This document shows, one piece after another, positions 10,601 to 24,000 of a stretch of 64,000 nt of DNA. Within the stretch, counting starts at the first letter, position 1, and each line of letters starts with the position of its first letter. The notes under the pieces are model-generated. The model was given only the letters and a program-made list of their open reading frames with translations. It did no database searches and was not told the origin of the DNA. The DNA is from Antedon mediterranea. Its lineage: Eukaryota; Animalia; Echinodermata. The translations under genes and the position numbers were made by a program. The stretch is from positions 28,269,648 to 28,333,647 of the forward strand of contig NC_092673.1 in assembly GCF_964355755.1 (NCBI RefSeq), written 5' to 3'.

Positions 10601-11741
10601 GGTTCCCACTAGTGCAATACATAACGCAAGGATGTAAGCACGACGCAAGCAAGCTGACCAATGACATGCAACAGTGCGAATAAACCATCGCGTGTGATTG
10701 GTCAAATTACATGCGTTGCTCTTGCGTCTTTGCATTACGTCCAAGTAGGATCCAAGGTTAAACAAACTATTGTGTAGCTGGCATTGACAATATAATAAAT
10801 ATTTAACCAATCAGGGCAATAACAATAATTCAATCAGGTCACAGAAGGTTCAGGTGACACTGATTAGTTTGAATAAATGCACAGATATTGGTTGTATAGT
10901 ACACCCAAGTTCATAATCATTGGTCAAAGTACTAAGTTACTCATTTTCTTGGCAGGAGAGACATTTTTGTAGAAGGCATAAAATTGAACATCGTTAAACA
11001 GTGATTAATATTCTTTTCTATTACTGTACTACAGCATTCACAGCCACTGCCTTTGGTGATTTTATCATAATATCCCACTAACAATAATAATATTTATTCA
11101 GGATGTTATCATTCAGCACAATCTTGCCAGGAGCAAGCAATAGGGATAGGGCTGAACAGAATTAACTGCTCTTGCTCCAAAGTTATCAAAACAATAATTT
11201 ATAAACAAAGTTAGCAAATTGTTTTAAAAGTTAAAATCTTTGCTCTCTTCTAAGAAGCACACATAATTTTTGTTTTCATATTAACTCCTAATAACATTTA
11301 ATCCTGAATTATTGTAGCCGCTCATTCAATTGCATATTTCGTGTATAAAGCTCTGTCTACATTATCAAACTTTGTGAAATGTGATGTGCCTATATATGGA
11401 CACGGTGATGTCATATCACTATCATATCACTTGATAATGTAGACAGAGGTTAAGCTCCTTCATTCAGTTTGCACTTTGATTATTTATAATAAGGTAATTA
11501 ATATTCATTTACAGGTGATAATCTCAACGGTGTAAAACAGGACAGTATTATTCCACCTTCTACTAGTTCAACAAGTTCAAACAGCTTCCCCGATATTATC
11601 ATCCTATCCAGCTCCGACGAAAGTCTGGACGATTCACCACCAGTTATTAAGCGGATAAACCATATGGTCGGATTCGTAAAGAATATACTGCCCCCACCTC
11701 TTTCATCCGATGAGGAAGAATGTATCGTTCTATCAGATTAA
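7685..11741 (+). CDS. DAXX: Death domain-associated protein 6 (Daxx); exons 7685-7747, 8954-10493, 11515-11741
   Basis: N-terminal helical bundle (IFDKFID…FRSMMFEHLSDIRKRRGSIYQHIHEV). Histone-binding region (EIKRLGEKELTLDDMD…TGRV…RRE.DL.YNFGSHLT). Acidic tract. C-terminal SIM EEECIVLSD-stop. Exon phases 0 and 1 are consistent. Confidence 0.93.
10596..10760. mobile_element. Harbinger-like MITE, family B (second copy 51642-51758)
   Basis: TIR AGCTTGGTTCCCACT… / …GTGGGAACAAGGCT, degenerate in the first copy. TAA/TTA flanks. Confidence 0.6.
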
Positions 11742-12390
11742 GTTGCCAAAAGTTATTCTTTTTCTGATTATGTAGATAGGTAATTTTTGATACACAACGG
11801 AGCAATATGTTGGCAACAGGGATGAATCTTTTTCAGATTATTACAATCATTTGTGGTTTTTTTGGGGAAACTAAATATATTAGTCTATGAAAACTAGTTC
11901 ATTAATTTTAGCTGTCAAAAGGGGACCACATGTACCCCTGGATTGACCCCTAGATGCCACTTTTCAACCTTCTTGCAATGCCAGTTTTCCTCCCCTTTAA
12001 CTTGTTAACTTGATGTGACAGAAAAAATGTGATCCATATATGGACTTGATGTCGTATCACTACCATATTTTGGAATATCTCTACCATATTTGAGCAAATT
12101 TGTTGTCAAACTAGAGTGTAGACAGACCTTTATGTATCTTTATATGGGTTTTCTATTGTATTTTCAACGCTACAATAATTTATTCTTGTTGAGAAAATAA
12201 AGTTTACTTTTAAATACGATATTACATGACATGATTTTGTAAATAAAAACATTTTGACCTCCAATTGTATTTTTACAAAAGTCTGTTGTGTTTTTTTTAA
12301 CATACAAAATGACAATTATTCTTAATATGACTATAGAATTAATTGGAATTTAAAGCAAGACAACAAAAAAGCCATGTCACTACTGATTAA

Positions 12391-13002
12391 GTAGAGGCTA
12401 TATCAAGGGGACACTTTTGGGACCCATTAGAGGCTATATCAAGGGGACACTTTTGGGACCCATTAGAGGCTATATCAAGGGGACACTTTTGGGACCCATT
12501 AGAGGCTATATCAAGGGGACACTTTTGGGACCCAGTAGAGGCTATATCAAGGGGACACTTTTGGGACCCATTAGAGGCTATATCAAGGGGACACTTTTGG
12601 GACCCATTAGAGGCTATATCAAGGGGACACTTTTGGGACCCATTAGAGGCTATATCAAGGGGACACTTTTGGGACCCATTAGAGGCTATATCAAGGGGAC
12701 ACTTTTGGGACCCATTAGAGGCTATATCAAGGGGACACTTTTGGGACCCATTAGAGGCTATATCAAGGGGACACTTTTGGGACCCAGTAGAGGCTATATC
12801 AAGATGACACTTTTGGGACCCAGTAGAGGCTATATCAAGATGACACTTTTGGGACCAAGTAGAGGCTATATCAAGGGGACACTTTTGGGACCCAGTAGAG
12901 GCTATATCAAGGGGACACTTTTGGGACCCAGTAGAGGCTATATCAAGGGGACACTTTTGGGACCCAGTAGAGGCTATATCAAGGGGACACTTTCGAGACC
13001 CA
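12391..13002. repeat. 33-bp minisatellite, ~18 copies
   Basis: Unit (C)A(G/T)TAGAGGCTATATCAAGGGGACACTTTTGGGACC, head-to-tail with no spacers. Confidence 0.97.
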
Positions 13003-13850
13003 ACAAAAGTAGTAATAGGAATTGGCCGTAGTATTAAAACATGTTTGTCTCACAGAAAAGTGTCCACTCGATGTATAACAGATGTGTGAACACCATTTTC
13101 TACAATATCACCAGAGTAGAACACCCTTCCTCTTCCCCAAGAAGACACTATGAAATTTATAAGATGCAATATGTTTTAACTACCATCACCCCTTTGAAGA
13201 CTATTCCTGAAGAATTCTTTTAATTTAAGGCAACTATATTGTGTCAACTACAACAAAAATACTTTATATCTGTCACTATAGTTAATTTATTGACAAAACA
13301 TTGGTCTGCATCCTGAAGCTCTGTTTACACTATCAAACTTTATGTGACTAAAAAATGTGATGTGCCCATATATAGACATGATGTCATATCATATATAAAA
13401 AAAAAAATAATAATAATAACAATAATAATGATAATTAATAATAATAATTATAAATAAATAAATTCTGTAAAAGAATAACTAAATAGAACAAAAATACAGT
13501 AGAGCTAGCAAAACAGAGTTGGAGGAGCAGAGTCTTCACATATTAAGTTGGCTCCTAATACGAAGAAGAAGAAGAAGATCACTACCATATTTGGGCACAA
13601 TAAACTTTTTTTGTCAAACTAGTTTTTATAGTGTAGATAGAGCTTTAAAAAGCATAGTGTGCATACAAAAAACATAGTAAGGTACTTAGTTTACACATTG
13701 TGTTATCGGAAATAATAGAAACACCAAACATTATTTTTATTGATGAAATTTACAATTTTTCTTTTCGAGATGTTTTCAAATGTGGAATTTATGATGTATA
13801 ATGCGCAAAAGAACACAATGCAAAAGAAAGTGAAATTGAACGAGTAGTAC

Positions 13851-16800
13851 TCAGTCTCGTCTGAGTGGAAACCTTTCTTCTTTCACTCCATCTTTCGTGA
13901 TTACATTAATAACGATTCCATCTCCAGTGTAGATGTCTCTTTCCGCTGCTGAAATGAAGACATCCTTGACGAGAGCAATCGCTTTTTCTTCACTCAGTGG
14001 TACATGTTCAACACCTTCTTGATTCTTGAAACCAATCTAAATTTTGAAGAAAAAAAAAAACGTGGTGAGGATGGTGGAAGAGAAATGGATAAAAATCTTT
14101 TGCTGAAATTTTAATCAGAAAACCCCTTGGGGCATTTTTTGGGGTAAGTATCATGCTATAGCTACAGTATATTATGTGCACATTCTGAGAGAGGAGTACA
14201 ACATTGACAAAAAAGTGTGATATGCCTAAATATGGTAGTGATATGACATCATAATATATGGGCACATCACATTTTTTGTCACATATGGTTTGATAGTGTA
14301 GACAAAGCTTATTGGGCTTTTACTACAGTACTAACTACTACTGAACGACAGTCCATTCCTAGAGAGTACAACATTGAATAAAGTCAGGGGAAAAATGGCA
14401 AAGGCGTTTTATCAGATAATCTATATTGTTTTGGACAACTCATGTAACATGATCAAAGTTACAATTTTGAGTATCTTTTGTAATGTCATGCACTCTACCT
14501 GATTATCTAATAAAGGTTGGAGCATTGAACTGGCTGAGCCACCCGCTCTGTATGTTTCTCGTTCATAGGAGCCAATTGGATCAAAGCTGTACACACAACC
14601 TTTGCCTGTAAATAAAACAACATTTGTATTGGTACAAAGCTATCATGGAACATATTTTGTTCTTAATTTTTGGGTTGTATTTTGTATATACAGTAATACT
14701 GTTTTATTTACCATTTTCATTAAGTTAATTTTTTTTATAGTTTGATGTTTGTTATTTTTGTAACTGTTAATGTTAGAATGCACTGTTTTATAAGCGTGTA
14801 CCGCTGATCCAAAAGCGTTGTTTGAATAAAGTTTGTAAAGAAGAACACTTATCCTTCTGTATGTATTAGATTTTAATAATTCAACCAACGTTGAAACAAA
14901 AATGGAAATGTTCCAATACATAAAACCAGTACCCACCAACAAAGAACAGTTTAAAAATAAAATACTACTAAAATATTAACAAATTAATAATAATGAATTT
15001 TACGATTTTTTATTTTATTTTTAAGTGATAAAAAACTACAGTAGTATTTCTAAATCTACTACTGTATTTGTGTGAAAACAAAACATAAATAAAAAAAAAT
15101 TATTTTAAAATTAATATGAAAGAATGTATACCTTCATCATCAATTCCTGCCAGGATATTATACACATAATATGGAAAAAAACGTCGGTAGTACAGAATGG
15201 TGGAAAGCATAGCAGCTACAGCACTGCAACTCATCTTGGCATGATGTGTGTATTCATACGACTGGTTTAAAGAAAATAACATTTAATGTCACTATAGAAC
15301 GCCTATCTATTTTGTGGATTATTAAACTTAGATGTTGTATTTTGCGATATTTAAATAGATTGGTTAGATAGATTGGTTATCAAAACAGTATAATATTATA
15401 TGTATTTTCAGTTTATTTTGTCACGCATATTTTGATTTACTAGAAACTGGTGATTCATATCACAGTGGTGGATCCAGGATTTCTAGTGGCCTAAAGCTCT
15501 GTCTACACTATCAAACTAGTTTGACAAAAAAAGTGTGATGTGCCAAAATATGGTAATGATATGCCCACATATTTTAGTGATATGACGTCATCATGTTCCT
15601 ATATGGGCACATCACATTTTTTGTCACATAAAGTTTGATAGTGTAAACAGAGCTTATTGGGCTTTTACTATAGTACTCTAGTGAATATGTTTGGTGTTCA
15701 TTTTGATACCTTTAACCTTGATGATAATACTTTGTTTAACGTAAGGCAATCACCATGGAAACCAGCACATCCAAGAACAGTGCTATCGGTTCTGTAAGAA
15801 TAAAATAAGTACTGTACAAGTAAATAAAATAAATTTTACATTAATATTTTTTCATGTAACTTTTATTTGAAGTACTGTATTATTTTTTAGCTAATAATAG
15901 AGTACTGTTCATTAATTTAAAAGAATTCATAATAAAATGGAAGAATCAAATTAAGTAGTTAACATAATTATCTAGAATGGTGTAAAAGAATTAAACGAAT
16001 GAAGATTTAAATGGTATGGACATATAATTAGACTACCGGATGATACGCCAATTAAACAAGCAATGAAGGAAACTGAAATGAAAGGAAAGTTAAAAGACCT
16101 GCCAGGAAGACCAAGGGAAAACTGGATAAACCAAATAAAAAAAGACATTAGTACAATAACTGTCCAAAACAGAAAAATATGGAAACAAATCATGGAAAGC
16201 ATAATGTTGGAATGATGGAAAAAGTTCCAAGAAGGGAAGGGGGCGGGCGGGAAGGGGGGGGGGTGTTAGTGAGAGACGTTCAGGATAATATGAATATGAA
16301 TTTTTTTTAAATAAGAAATGTTTAACTCTAATAATTATATTTAATATTATATATACATAGCACAATAACAAACCATCCTGCCCAAAACAGAAAAATCATG
16401 GAAAGCGTAATGTCTGAATGATGGAAAACATTTCAACAAGAGAGAAGAGGAAGACATTACGAATTAAAAACTAGGCCTACGTACAGTTTGTATGTTTTAG
16501 GTTGATCTCTACTGTGAATGGAGAATCCTTCACTTAGTCTTGTGTCTGATGCTACTACTGCAAAATCCTCACCAGCTATGGCCAGTACGGTTCTGAAAAG
16601 TTAATCAATCAAAATTAATAAATAATACTAAATAGCACAGTATGAATGAATCAGAATAATATGGTACAATTAATTAATGTTGCATTAATTAAGTTCTTTG
16701 AAACCAACAAGTTTTTCTTTTTTTTCCCTTGCTTCCCTCACTCAGTCAGCTCAGACATTCTTCTTCAACATTTTCATCATCATTGAGTTTGTTTTTTTAT

Positions 16801-17172
16801 TCATTCATTGGTTGGTTGGAAATGATTATTGATAATAACAATAATAAAACAATTAGCCTATGTCGGACATCTGCTTTCTCTACCACCCACAGCAGACGAG
16901 GGAGATGAGCTGGAACTTGGCCTATATACAAATAGTATACACAGACCATAAACCTATAATCACACATCCACATCACAGCCAACAATCAAGGCGATGAATC
17001 ATATAGCCTCATCTCAGGTCTGACTAGCTTAGCTCAGGGGGGCCTAAGCTCACCTTTATTTAGGTTACAAAAACAAAATATTTGCTTACCCTCCATTCAT
17101 TGCATAAGGAGAAAATCTATTCTGTTTTCCCCCTGCAGCATATTCTTGTATTGGATTACAAACATTCATCAT
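13851..17172 (-). CDS. PSMB1: Proteasome subunit beta type-1; 6 exons (~17090-17172, 16485-16592, 15709-15790, 15132-15261, 14499-14605, 13851-14036)
   Basis: [10 protein letters not shown]|[29 protein letters not shown]…; [28 protein letters not shown]; [18 protein letters not shown]; ends LRRD-stop. Confidence 0.96.
15975..16215 (+). mobile_element. RTE-clade LINE 3' fragment in a PSMB1 intron (partial second 3' end ~16378-16450)
   Basis: Translates [23 protein letters not shown]…[16 protein letters not shown]…NRKIWK, the typical RTE ORF2 C-terminus (W.GH..R…GRP…W). Confidence 0.75.
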
Positions 17173-17367
17173 TGTTATACAATTATTAACCTAAATTTAT
17201 CTGAGAAAAAAATGTGTGCGAAAAAGTCAGCAAAGTCACTCTCCAAAAAACGCCCTCTATTGATAACACCACAATAAACAAAAATTTAATTTATCAAGAG
17301 AAAACATTTTTCGGTTTGGTGGTCGCACATGTTTTACATTTTATTACATTAAAGTCAATCGTTTGAA
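17173..17367. promoter_or_regulatory. Bidirectional promoter PSMB1/LSM2
   Basis: Only ~195 bp separate the two divergent start codons. Confidence 0.65.
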
Positions 17368-19814
17368 ATGGTAAATACTCATTTTCAGTTATTATATATA
17401 ATAATGCAAGTCTACTCATCCAAGAAATTAGAATACTTTGTATCCGAGCCATGTAAATCGAAGTTTAAGATAGGCTTCCTAGCTAGGCTAGGCCCTAAGA
17501 TAGCTACCTAAGACCTAGGCCTAGTCTTAGGCCAGACGTATGGCGGTAGAGGAGGATATTCTTCTAGTAGGTCAGACCGGACCCAGAGCAATCGTAGAGT
17601 CGATTCGACTCGAACAGATAGTAGAGTGCCGTTGTCTTTTTTGTTGATTTTATTTTTCCGTGATGAAATAAACTACATTTTCTCCATAAAGAATAATGCT
17701 AATATTAATAAAAACAATTTTAAATATTAACTAGATTTAATTCGTCACTATGACGAATTATAGGTTATATGCATTGATTTAAATAAAGATAATTGATTGA
17801 TTTAAGATATTTTGATTGATTGATTTTCTCAGAATCTTTAGTTATTTATAATATATGATAGGATCTTGCTAACGCAAATACAATAGCCGGTATCATAATC
17901 CGATCAAAGATCCTTCTGCGTATATAATGTCATATAAACCACATTTGTGTTTTTATCTAAATTTCATTATAAATCATCTGTATACGGTAATCTATACACT
18001 AAGAAATACAATTGAACAAACAATACGGATAATAAAAAAAAATCTTATTTCGCTTCGTTTCCCAAGGTGAGACTCGAACTCGGTACCTTGAATGCTATAG
18101 ACACGTCACGAGCAAAGACCACCGAGCCATACACAACTGACTAAAAATTATGGAAAGATCCTCCATGTATTTACTATGCAGTAACCACTTTGGTGCAGAT
18201 AGATTATTACATACCGCAATGAATTATAATGTTTTACTATGATGACATCTTTAAAGATTTTTAAAAATGATGCACTGTCAAACTATATACTTTTAACTTT
18301 ATGAACTTCTTAAGGAAGAAAGTTAATGTTATAATTTGTTTGATTGTCGAAATTAATTTTTGTAAATTTAATATGCCATTAATGATGACTTAATCAACTT
18401 TTGTTCTCTTAATTTCATAATAAATCATACATATGATACATACACTTCAAGAAAATGAAATAAAAAATAGCTGTTCCCGAGCATTCTAACGATATATATT
18501 AATTTTAAAATTTAGCATATTTTCACCATTTTGTTAACTTACACGTGCGTAGCCTGTCACTTTTGACGTGCTCGTATAACGCTGTTTCGCGTTGAAAAGT
18601 GAATACAATATGATAATATTGTTAAAGAAAGGTTATATAACAGGAATCGGACAAAAACAGTGCGCAATAACGTTTGACGCGCATAATGCATACTCTTGGT
18701 TTGAAATCTTTGTTTACTTTCGCTCGTGACGATTTTCCAGACAAAATGTAATCAAACTAATTTACCTGTTGATTACGTAAAATTGTTGTTTTTGGCACGA
18801 ATTTTCGACTTAAAGTGAATAACTTTAATTAATATTACTTTGATATGGCCAATTTAAATTTAGAATATTTTGACTTTCATTTTTTTGTGTTTCAAGGGAC
18901 AATGCATATAACCTAATTAATGGATTCTGATGTTAATTATTAATAGGCCTTTTTTTAAATACCATATGTTTTCATCTTCCTTCCAGCTGTTTTACTCTTT
19001 CTTCAAGTCACTGATTGGCAAAGATGTTGTAGTCGAGCTGAAAAATGATTTGAGGTAATCCATAATTCAAAAATCTGTAATCTTGTTAATTTTCTCTTTA
19101 ATTTTAATAAAATCCAACCATGTACTGTACATGTACTGTACAGTTTTGTAATAAACCTGAAATTTATCATTTATCATTTTGTTTATTTAGATAATAAATA
19201 TATTTATATTGAATTTGAATATTATGAGATAATGAACATATGAGACAATAAATAATAAATAATATTTTACCCTGCAAAGTTCTTTATGGTTTAATTTCCT
19301 TTTGTAGCATTTGTGGTACACTGCATTCAGTGGATCAATTTCTGAATATTAAATTGACGGATATTAGCGTTACCGACCCAGAAAAGTACCCACATATGGT
19401 AAGCAACTTATTTACATACCTGGTGTAATAACGTATATTTAAAATTGTGATATTGTTGTATACTAACTCATTACAAATGTTGTGATTTCCTTATCCATTT
19501 CTCGAAATTCTACCCTAGCAAATTGCTTGTAAATTTGTATACAGACTCAGTTGTAATGATCATTAAGAAATATTCTCCTCATGTCTGTCGCTATAGTTTC
19601 CTCAATTACACACAATAGTTATGTACATTTTGTTAAACCTTTATTTAGGGATAGTGATTAATTTAACTGGGTTTATTTGTATTGACAGCTTTCTGTGAAA
19701 AACTGTTTTATTCGTGGTTCTGTTGTGAGATACGTGCAGCTCCCTGCGGACGAGTGCGACACGCAGTTACTGCAAGACGCAGCAAGAAAGGAATCCACAC
19801 AAAGCAAGCAGTGA
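17368..19814 (+). CDS. LSM2: U6 snRNA-associated Sm-like protein LSm2; exons 17368-17370 (ATG only), 18987-19054, 19308-19398, 19689-19814; 95 aa
   Basis: M|LFYSFFKSLIGKDVVVELKNDLS|ICGTLHSVDQFLNIKLTDISVTDPEKYPHM|LSVKNCFIRGSVVRYVQLPADECDTQLLQDAARKE. Exons sum to 288 nt. The ATG-only exon is assigned from GAAATG|GTAAAT. Confidence 0.95.
18052..18135 (-). mobile_element. tRNA-derived SINE head / tRNA pseudogene
   Basis: Minus strand has A-box TGGCTCGGTGG and B-box GAGTTCGAGTC. No intact cloverleaf. Confidence 0.55.
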
Positions 19815-21045
19815 TTGTAAATAAATATGATCAAAAAGAACGATAAAAAGAAGGCGCGAGCCTTAAAAATTACACTACTTGCTTCGCCACGATGGAAAAG
19901 CAAGAAAGGCCAAGATGGGTCAAAGGTCAGAACTGAAACTAAACTCCATAAGCATGGCCAAATTGAATCATAGGCTGCTGCACAATTTGTGTTGAAATGG
20001 GCGTGGTAATAGTTTAACACATTTTCAAAACAAAATGTTATTATGTAGGGAGGGCAGGAAAACATACTGAATGAAGAAAAATAACTTATAAAACAAATTT
20101 ATATAAAAGTCCAACAAACATACATATTTTATCTACAATTTTTAAACAAATTTAAGTACTATTATGTACATAAAGCATTAAATCAACATTCCTTTTGTTT
20201 TTTTGGACAATTATCTTTATTTCTTTTTTAAATATCAAAGTGATACAGAAATCAATTTGTTACAAAAGTATTTGAAATCTTAATTTATAAAGAAGCTTAA
20301 AAAACGAGTGTTAATTTATGTAAATAAACTTTAAACTTGATTTTTAAAATTTAAGTCTAATTGTTTTATTAAGTAGTTAAGTGAGAATTTACACAAAACA
20401 AACATTCTCACTACAAGTTGTGAAATATATAAACATACTATAAAAATAATATCTATTCAGCAAGCTTAGATATGTACACAGTTTACCGGAAGTACATAAT
20501 GGACACAAGTCTAAATTATTAACTGATCATTAACGGCAATAAAATATATACAAAAATATATAAGTACAAAAGCCATGCATCATTTTAAAACCCTAGTAAA
20601 TTCATTCTGCCACTAAAATTACACTGACAATTGATATAATTTACACAACAATAAATGAACAAATTTAGAGTAAATGTAATGACAATATTTAAAAAAACGA
20701 TCAACGTTGCGAATAATACAAAGTAAGAAACATCATCTTACCATACTCTAAATATACTATCAAGATTTTATATAATAAATTTATGTATACAAAATAGTTA
20801 ATTTAGATAAAATTATTAGTCAACATAATATTAATTACAAATAGAAAATCTTAGGCTCAATTAATTACAATACACTTTATATTGATGTGCACCTTGATAT
20901 ACTCTATACAATGATACAAGAAATTTAATAATTAATAGCAAAATTAGATATATATATATATAAATATTTCAAACACAGAATACATTTAAAATATACAAAT
21001 GCGTCTCCTCTGCACCAATACAATAGTTCACAATGGATTTTGAGC

Positions 21046-24000
21046 TTAGCAATCTACATCAGTCATAGGTGTCTGTGGTCTGGAGTTCCCAAGATCCGAT
21101 GCTTCTCGTCTCATCTGACGTTGTTTACGTCTTCGTTCATTCTCAATTTTCATTTGAAACTTCTGAATTTTGTCAGCAATCTCAATGTTTGGGCTCAATG
21201 TCTTGTTTGCCAAAGGCTCCTTCGTTATCGGCGATGTAATCTTGGACTGAAGATAAGCTGTCAATGTAAAACAAAACAGAATTTCCAATTTGTATCAATA
21301 CAATACAAGAAATATCTGTCTGTCTAGTAAATAGTCCTAAATAGCCTAGCTCATTTATTTGATGTTTTTAGGCACATGTGGCCAAGGATTACCAGTAGTA
21401 AATAAATCGCTGGATACAGGGGCTATTTTGTGAACCAGTTCACTGGGGTAATCCCCTACTCGTCTCGAATGATGAACTGGGTTCTTTAATGTGCACACTA
21501 TATAATATAACTGTGTACACCGGACCTACGGTTTAGTCTTTATCTGAGAAGACTTGTTCCACCACCGGAACTGACAGCGGGTCGGCCTAGAACCCATGAT
21601 GATATTGTTTAGGTACAGTAACCTCTCGGCCATTTAACTCTCTTATATGGTGAATATTCATAAAGTGCTTCCAATTGGGTGCACTCTCAGATTTTTTGAT
21701 AAAGTCTTTGGGAAAAAAATGTCACGGCTTTGTCTTGCCCTCTAGTTTGGTTCTTACCATCAATATTTTTAAATTCATAAGTAACTCCGTCAGCAGCCGT
21801 TACTGGTTGGGTCATTATGCTTCTGCTTATTGGACACAGGAAGTCTGATGGCACCGTGACATCGTCAAAAGCACCCCTCTGAAAAATTGTGACAAAATAT
21901 CAATATGTACAATCCCACCAATAAATATAAACATGTTCTGATATTTAGAATTTACTGTACATAGGTTTGGAACTGACTTAAACACTTTTTTCTAAAATCT
22001 AAAAGTCCCCTCGATTCAGTTCATTTATACCAATAAATATATAACATACCATTTTTTGTTTTTTAACCTCTTTTGCGTTTCGAAGAAAACGTTTAATCTC
22101 CGTTTTGTTCAATCCCATATCTTTTAATTCCTCCGCTTCTATATATGGAATGTCATCAAAAACTACGAATGAATCTTTAAATGATTTGGCGTGACGGTCG
22201 AGGTCAATGTTCTTCAAAAATTTAAAAACTTTTTTATCTGAAGAGAATAAAAGATCATGAATACCATTATATTGTCCCCTAAAAAAAATATTTTGTTGAA
22301 ATATACCATTTTAATAAAAAACATAATAGTTATTCACTTTGACCACAAACTAGATAAAAAAAAAACAACTTATTTTCCTGAAAAAATGTAATTTAAAGCA
22401 AAAAATACCTAAATTGTCCGTCAGACAATAGTTTTTGGTTCAAATTAACCATTTCTTTTGTATTTTTATAAGTAAAATGATTATTTTTGTTATTTTTTTT
22501 TCTACAGAAGTGAATAAGTCAAGTATCATTTATTGTCATTTGTTTTTTTAAAAAAACATTGAAAATCCGTTTGCTCTGTTGGCGGATGTGCAGATCCAAT
22601 TATACGCGATGTGGTCTTGACTATTCTATTTAGGTCACGCTTTTCATTTTTCATTTTAACTTTATTATTATACAAAAATGGCCAATTAAAAGTCTAATTT
22701 TATTAATCTTTATTTTTCACACACATCTTTAAACCCTTTTCATATCTGCATATATTGTTACAAGTTTTAACATGGTTTGATCTCCAGACTTATTACATGT
22801 TTTCACACACAGATACATGAACCAGGAGAAAGCATAGTTTGTGCTCTACAGTATTGGATTACTATGATTGGTCAGTTTAACAACTTGGGACATCCCGGAA
22901 CAAAAACTTGTCGGTTTGTGGACCCCTGTGAAATCTCGGGATAAATTGTCTTCACACTATGCAAACCTGGTTACAATTACAACTTGTTACTTTTTGCAGG
23001 TGTGCGAAGATAGTGTCAGTTTAATGATTGTTCAAGGGGCGTTGTACCTACCACCATTGTTCTTTGCTGCTAAAGCCTCATGTCCATGATATGCAAAATT
23101 ATCAAATCCCCTTATTTGAATCTCTTCATACTTAGGAGGTGGTGTGCTGGGAACTAAGTATTCTGGTTCTGCGTGAATGGGTGGTAGTATTGGTCTGTGA
23201 AGGCTCGCCACATTTGGTCCAGAAATAGTCGGCAGTTGTTGTCGATTGATAGAGGGCAACATTTGTGCATACACATTTGTGCCATCCATCTTTACATATT
23301 CATTAGCTAGATAAAAACAATGCAATATTAGTTAGAATTTAGCAGTATAGAATTTAGAAAGATTATCTTTCGTTTTTATTTATTTTATTCAACCTTATTT
23401 ATTCAACCTTATTTATTCAACCTTATTTATTCAACCTTATTGATAGAGGGTAACCCTAAACAGCATATGCTGACAATCAAGGGGCCCTCATGATGAGTTA
23501 TGATAAGTGTGTGACAGTGGCTGTGTGTATACTAGTACACCGGGGTAACCCCTACTCGTCTCGAAAGATGTACTAGGTTCTTTAAAGTACACGTGAGCTA
23601 GATAACACTAGTTTATATACAAAATGGCTGACTGGGTTCATGTTCTATTGAACATGGTGTTTCTATTTTTCTTTTTAATTGTTGATAAGCCTATTTTGGT
23701 AGAAAAGCGTTGTACCTGATATCCTCTTTGAGTTCTTATCATCATCTTTGTTTACATTTGGCAATTCAACATCATATGGGTGTTTAATACAGTCATCATC
23801 AACTAGGTGTTCCGCTGGACCTAGTACATTATATATATCATTATTTTGTACATGCACATTATTGCCATTTTCTGTAAAATTTAAAAAAAACACAAATAAT
23901 AAAATGAATTTATAAAAAGACATTAATTATGTTTTCCTACACAGATAATTTAAGATTAGAGACATATGATCTGGATGTTTAAATAAAATTTAAGTTTAAA

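Noticed and set aside
12391-13031. CRISPR-like array or 204-aa repeat protein
   Set aside because: The units are contiguous with no unique spacers, there are no cas genes and the context is eukaryotic. The ORF is a by-product of a 33-bp unit.
18741-18752. ACAAAATGTAATC as the LSM2 start exon
   Set aside because: There is no GT directly after the ATG, and splicing AT|GT would be out of frame with exon 18987. The site at 17368 fits.
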